A DNA stretch of 63,737 nt, the filler included, from Hyphochytrium catenoides (lineage: Eukaryota; Protista; Hyphochytriomycota), in the NCBI GenBank assembly GCA_900088475.1. It is 13 parts of 13 records of this genome, joined end to end, with 100 filler letters (N's around TTAATTAATTAA, not from the genome) between each part and the next. Parts side by side here need not be neighbours in the genome. Positions count along the whole stretch, not along the records: positions 61,536 to 63,737 come from FLMG01003577.1; 12 more parts are not named here. One strand, given 5' to 3'. How positions within the stretch are numbered: the stretch's first letter is position 1; every line of letters starts with the position of its first letter. The position numbers and the translations under genes were made by a program. Positions 63,451-63,737 of the stretch are shown here, piece by piece. The notes under the pieces were generated by a model that did no database searches, was not told the DNA's origin, and worked only from the letters and a program-made list of their open reading frames with translations.

Positions 63451-63737
63451 CTTCATTCTCATGGTCTTCTCCCCTCTTTGGACAGATGCAATAGCAATAG
63501 GTCATGGAGAGCGTGGAAGAGAGTTCGAAAGCTGATTACGACTCCTTACTCCCTTTCATCCACTTTCACTTCGCGGGACCGCTTATAGAATTGAGTCCGA
63601 TGAACTCTATTGCGGGAGCTGCCTCTTATTTAGCGAAGAAACGCTTCTAAGATTGTTCCCCTCTATGCCCATATTGGCCGCTAGACCCAATCCTCTGTTG
63701 TGGGCATGGCTATTCTGGCGCTGAAGCAGAAAGCAGC

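Noticed and set aside
1-63737. Alternative genetic code, tRNA/rRNA genes, CRISPR arrays
   Set aside because: The conserved exons I traced translate cleanly in the standard code and end at TAA, TAG or TGA. I recognised no structured RNA gene or repeat-spacer array by eye; tRNAscan-SE/Infernal were not run.

Overview
This is eukaryotic, intron-rich genomic DNA, probably from a flagellated protist (a DRC1 gene is present; the CAP and kelch-BTB genes suggest a SAR affinity by my recollection only). The window is about 13 pieces joined by artificial ~100-nt N-TTAATTAATTAA-N spacers, so adjacency across a spacer is not evidence of linkage. Recognisable genes, reconstructed by hand from GT/GC-AG exons, are: a Trm3/TARBP1 SpoU tRNA methyltransferase, a TRAF-Zn-finger + CAP-Gly + tandem CbbX/SpoVK-type AAA+ protein, DRC1 (only the N-terminal half visible), an intronless membrane-anchored CAP/PR-1 protein, a kelch-BTB protein, LYAR, a CWC27-like cyclophilin (partial), a quinone oxidoreductase (MDR family), a KA1-like C-terminal exon, an LRR protein and an ABHD18-like gene (partial). 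Several gene-poor contigs hold probable decayed LINE fragments. The most unusual item is the AAA+ gene at about 11.0-17.7 kb (-). It has an apparently dead first ATPase module, an intact second module, and a microtubule-type CAP-Gly domain plus TRAF zinc fingers, and it sits ~550 nt downstream of an apparently truncated DRC1. Most short Ser/Leu or Glu/Arg ORFs in the supplied track are microsatellite artefacts. No database searches were run; family assignments come from motif recognition.
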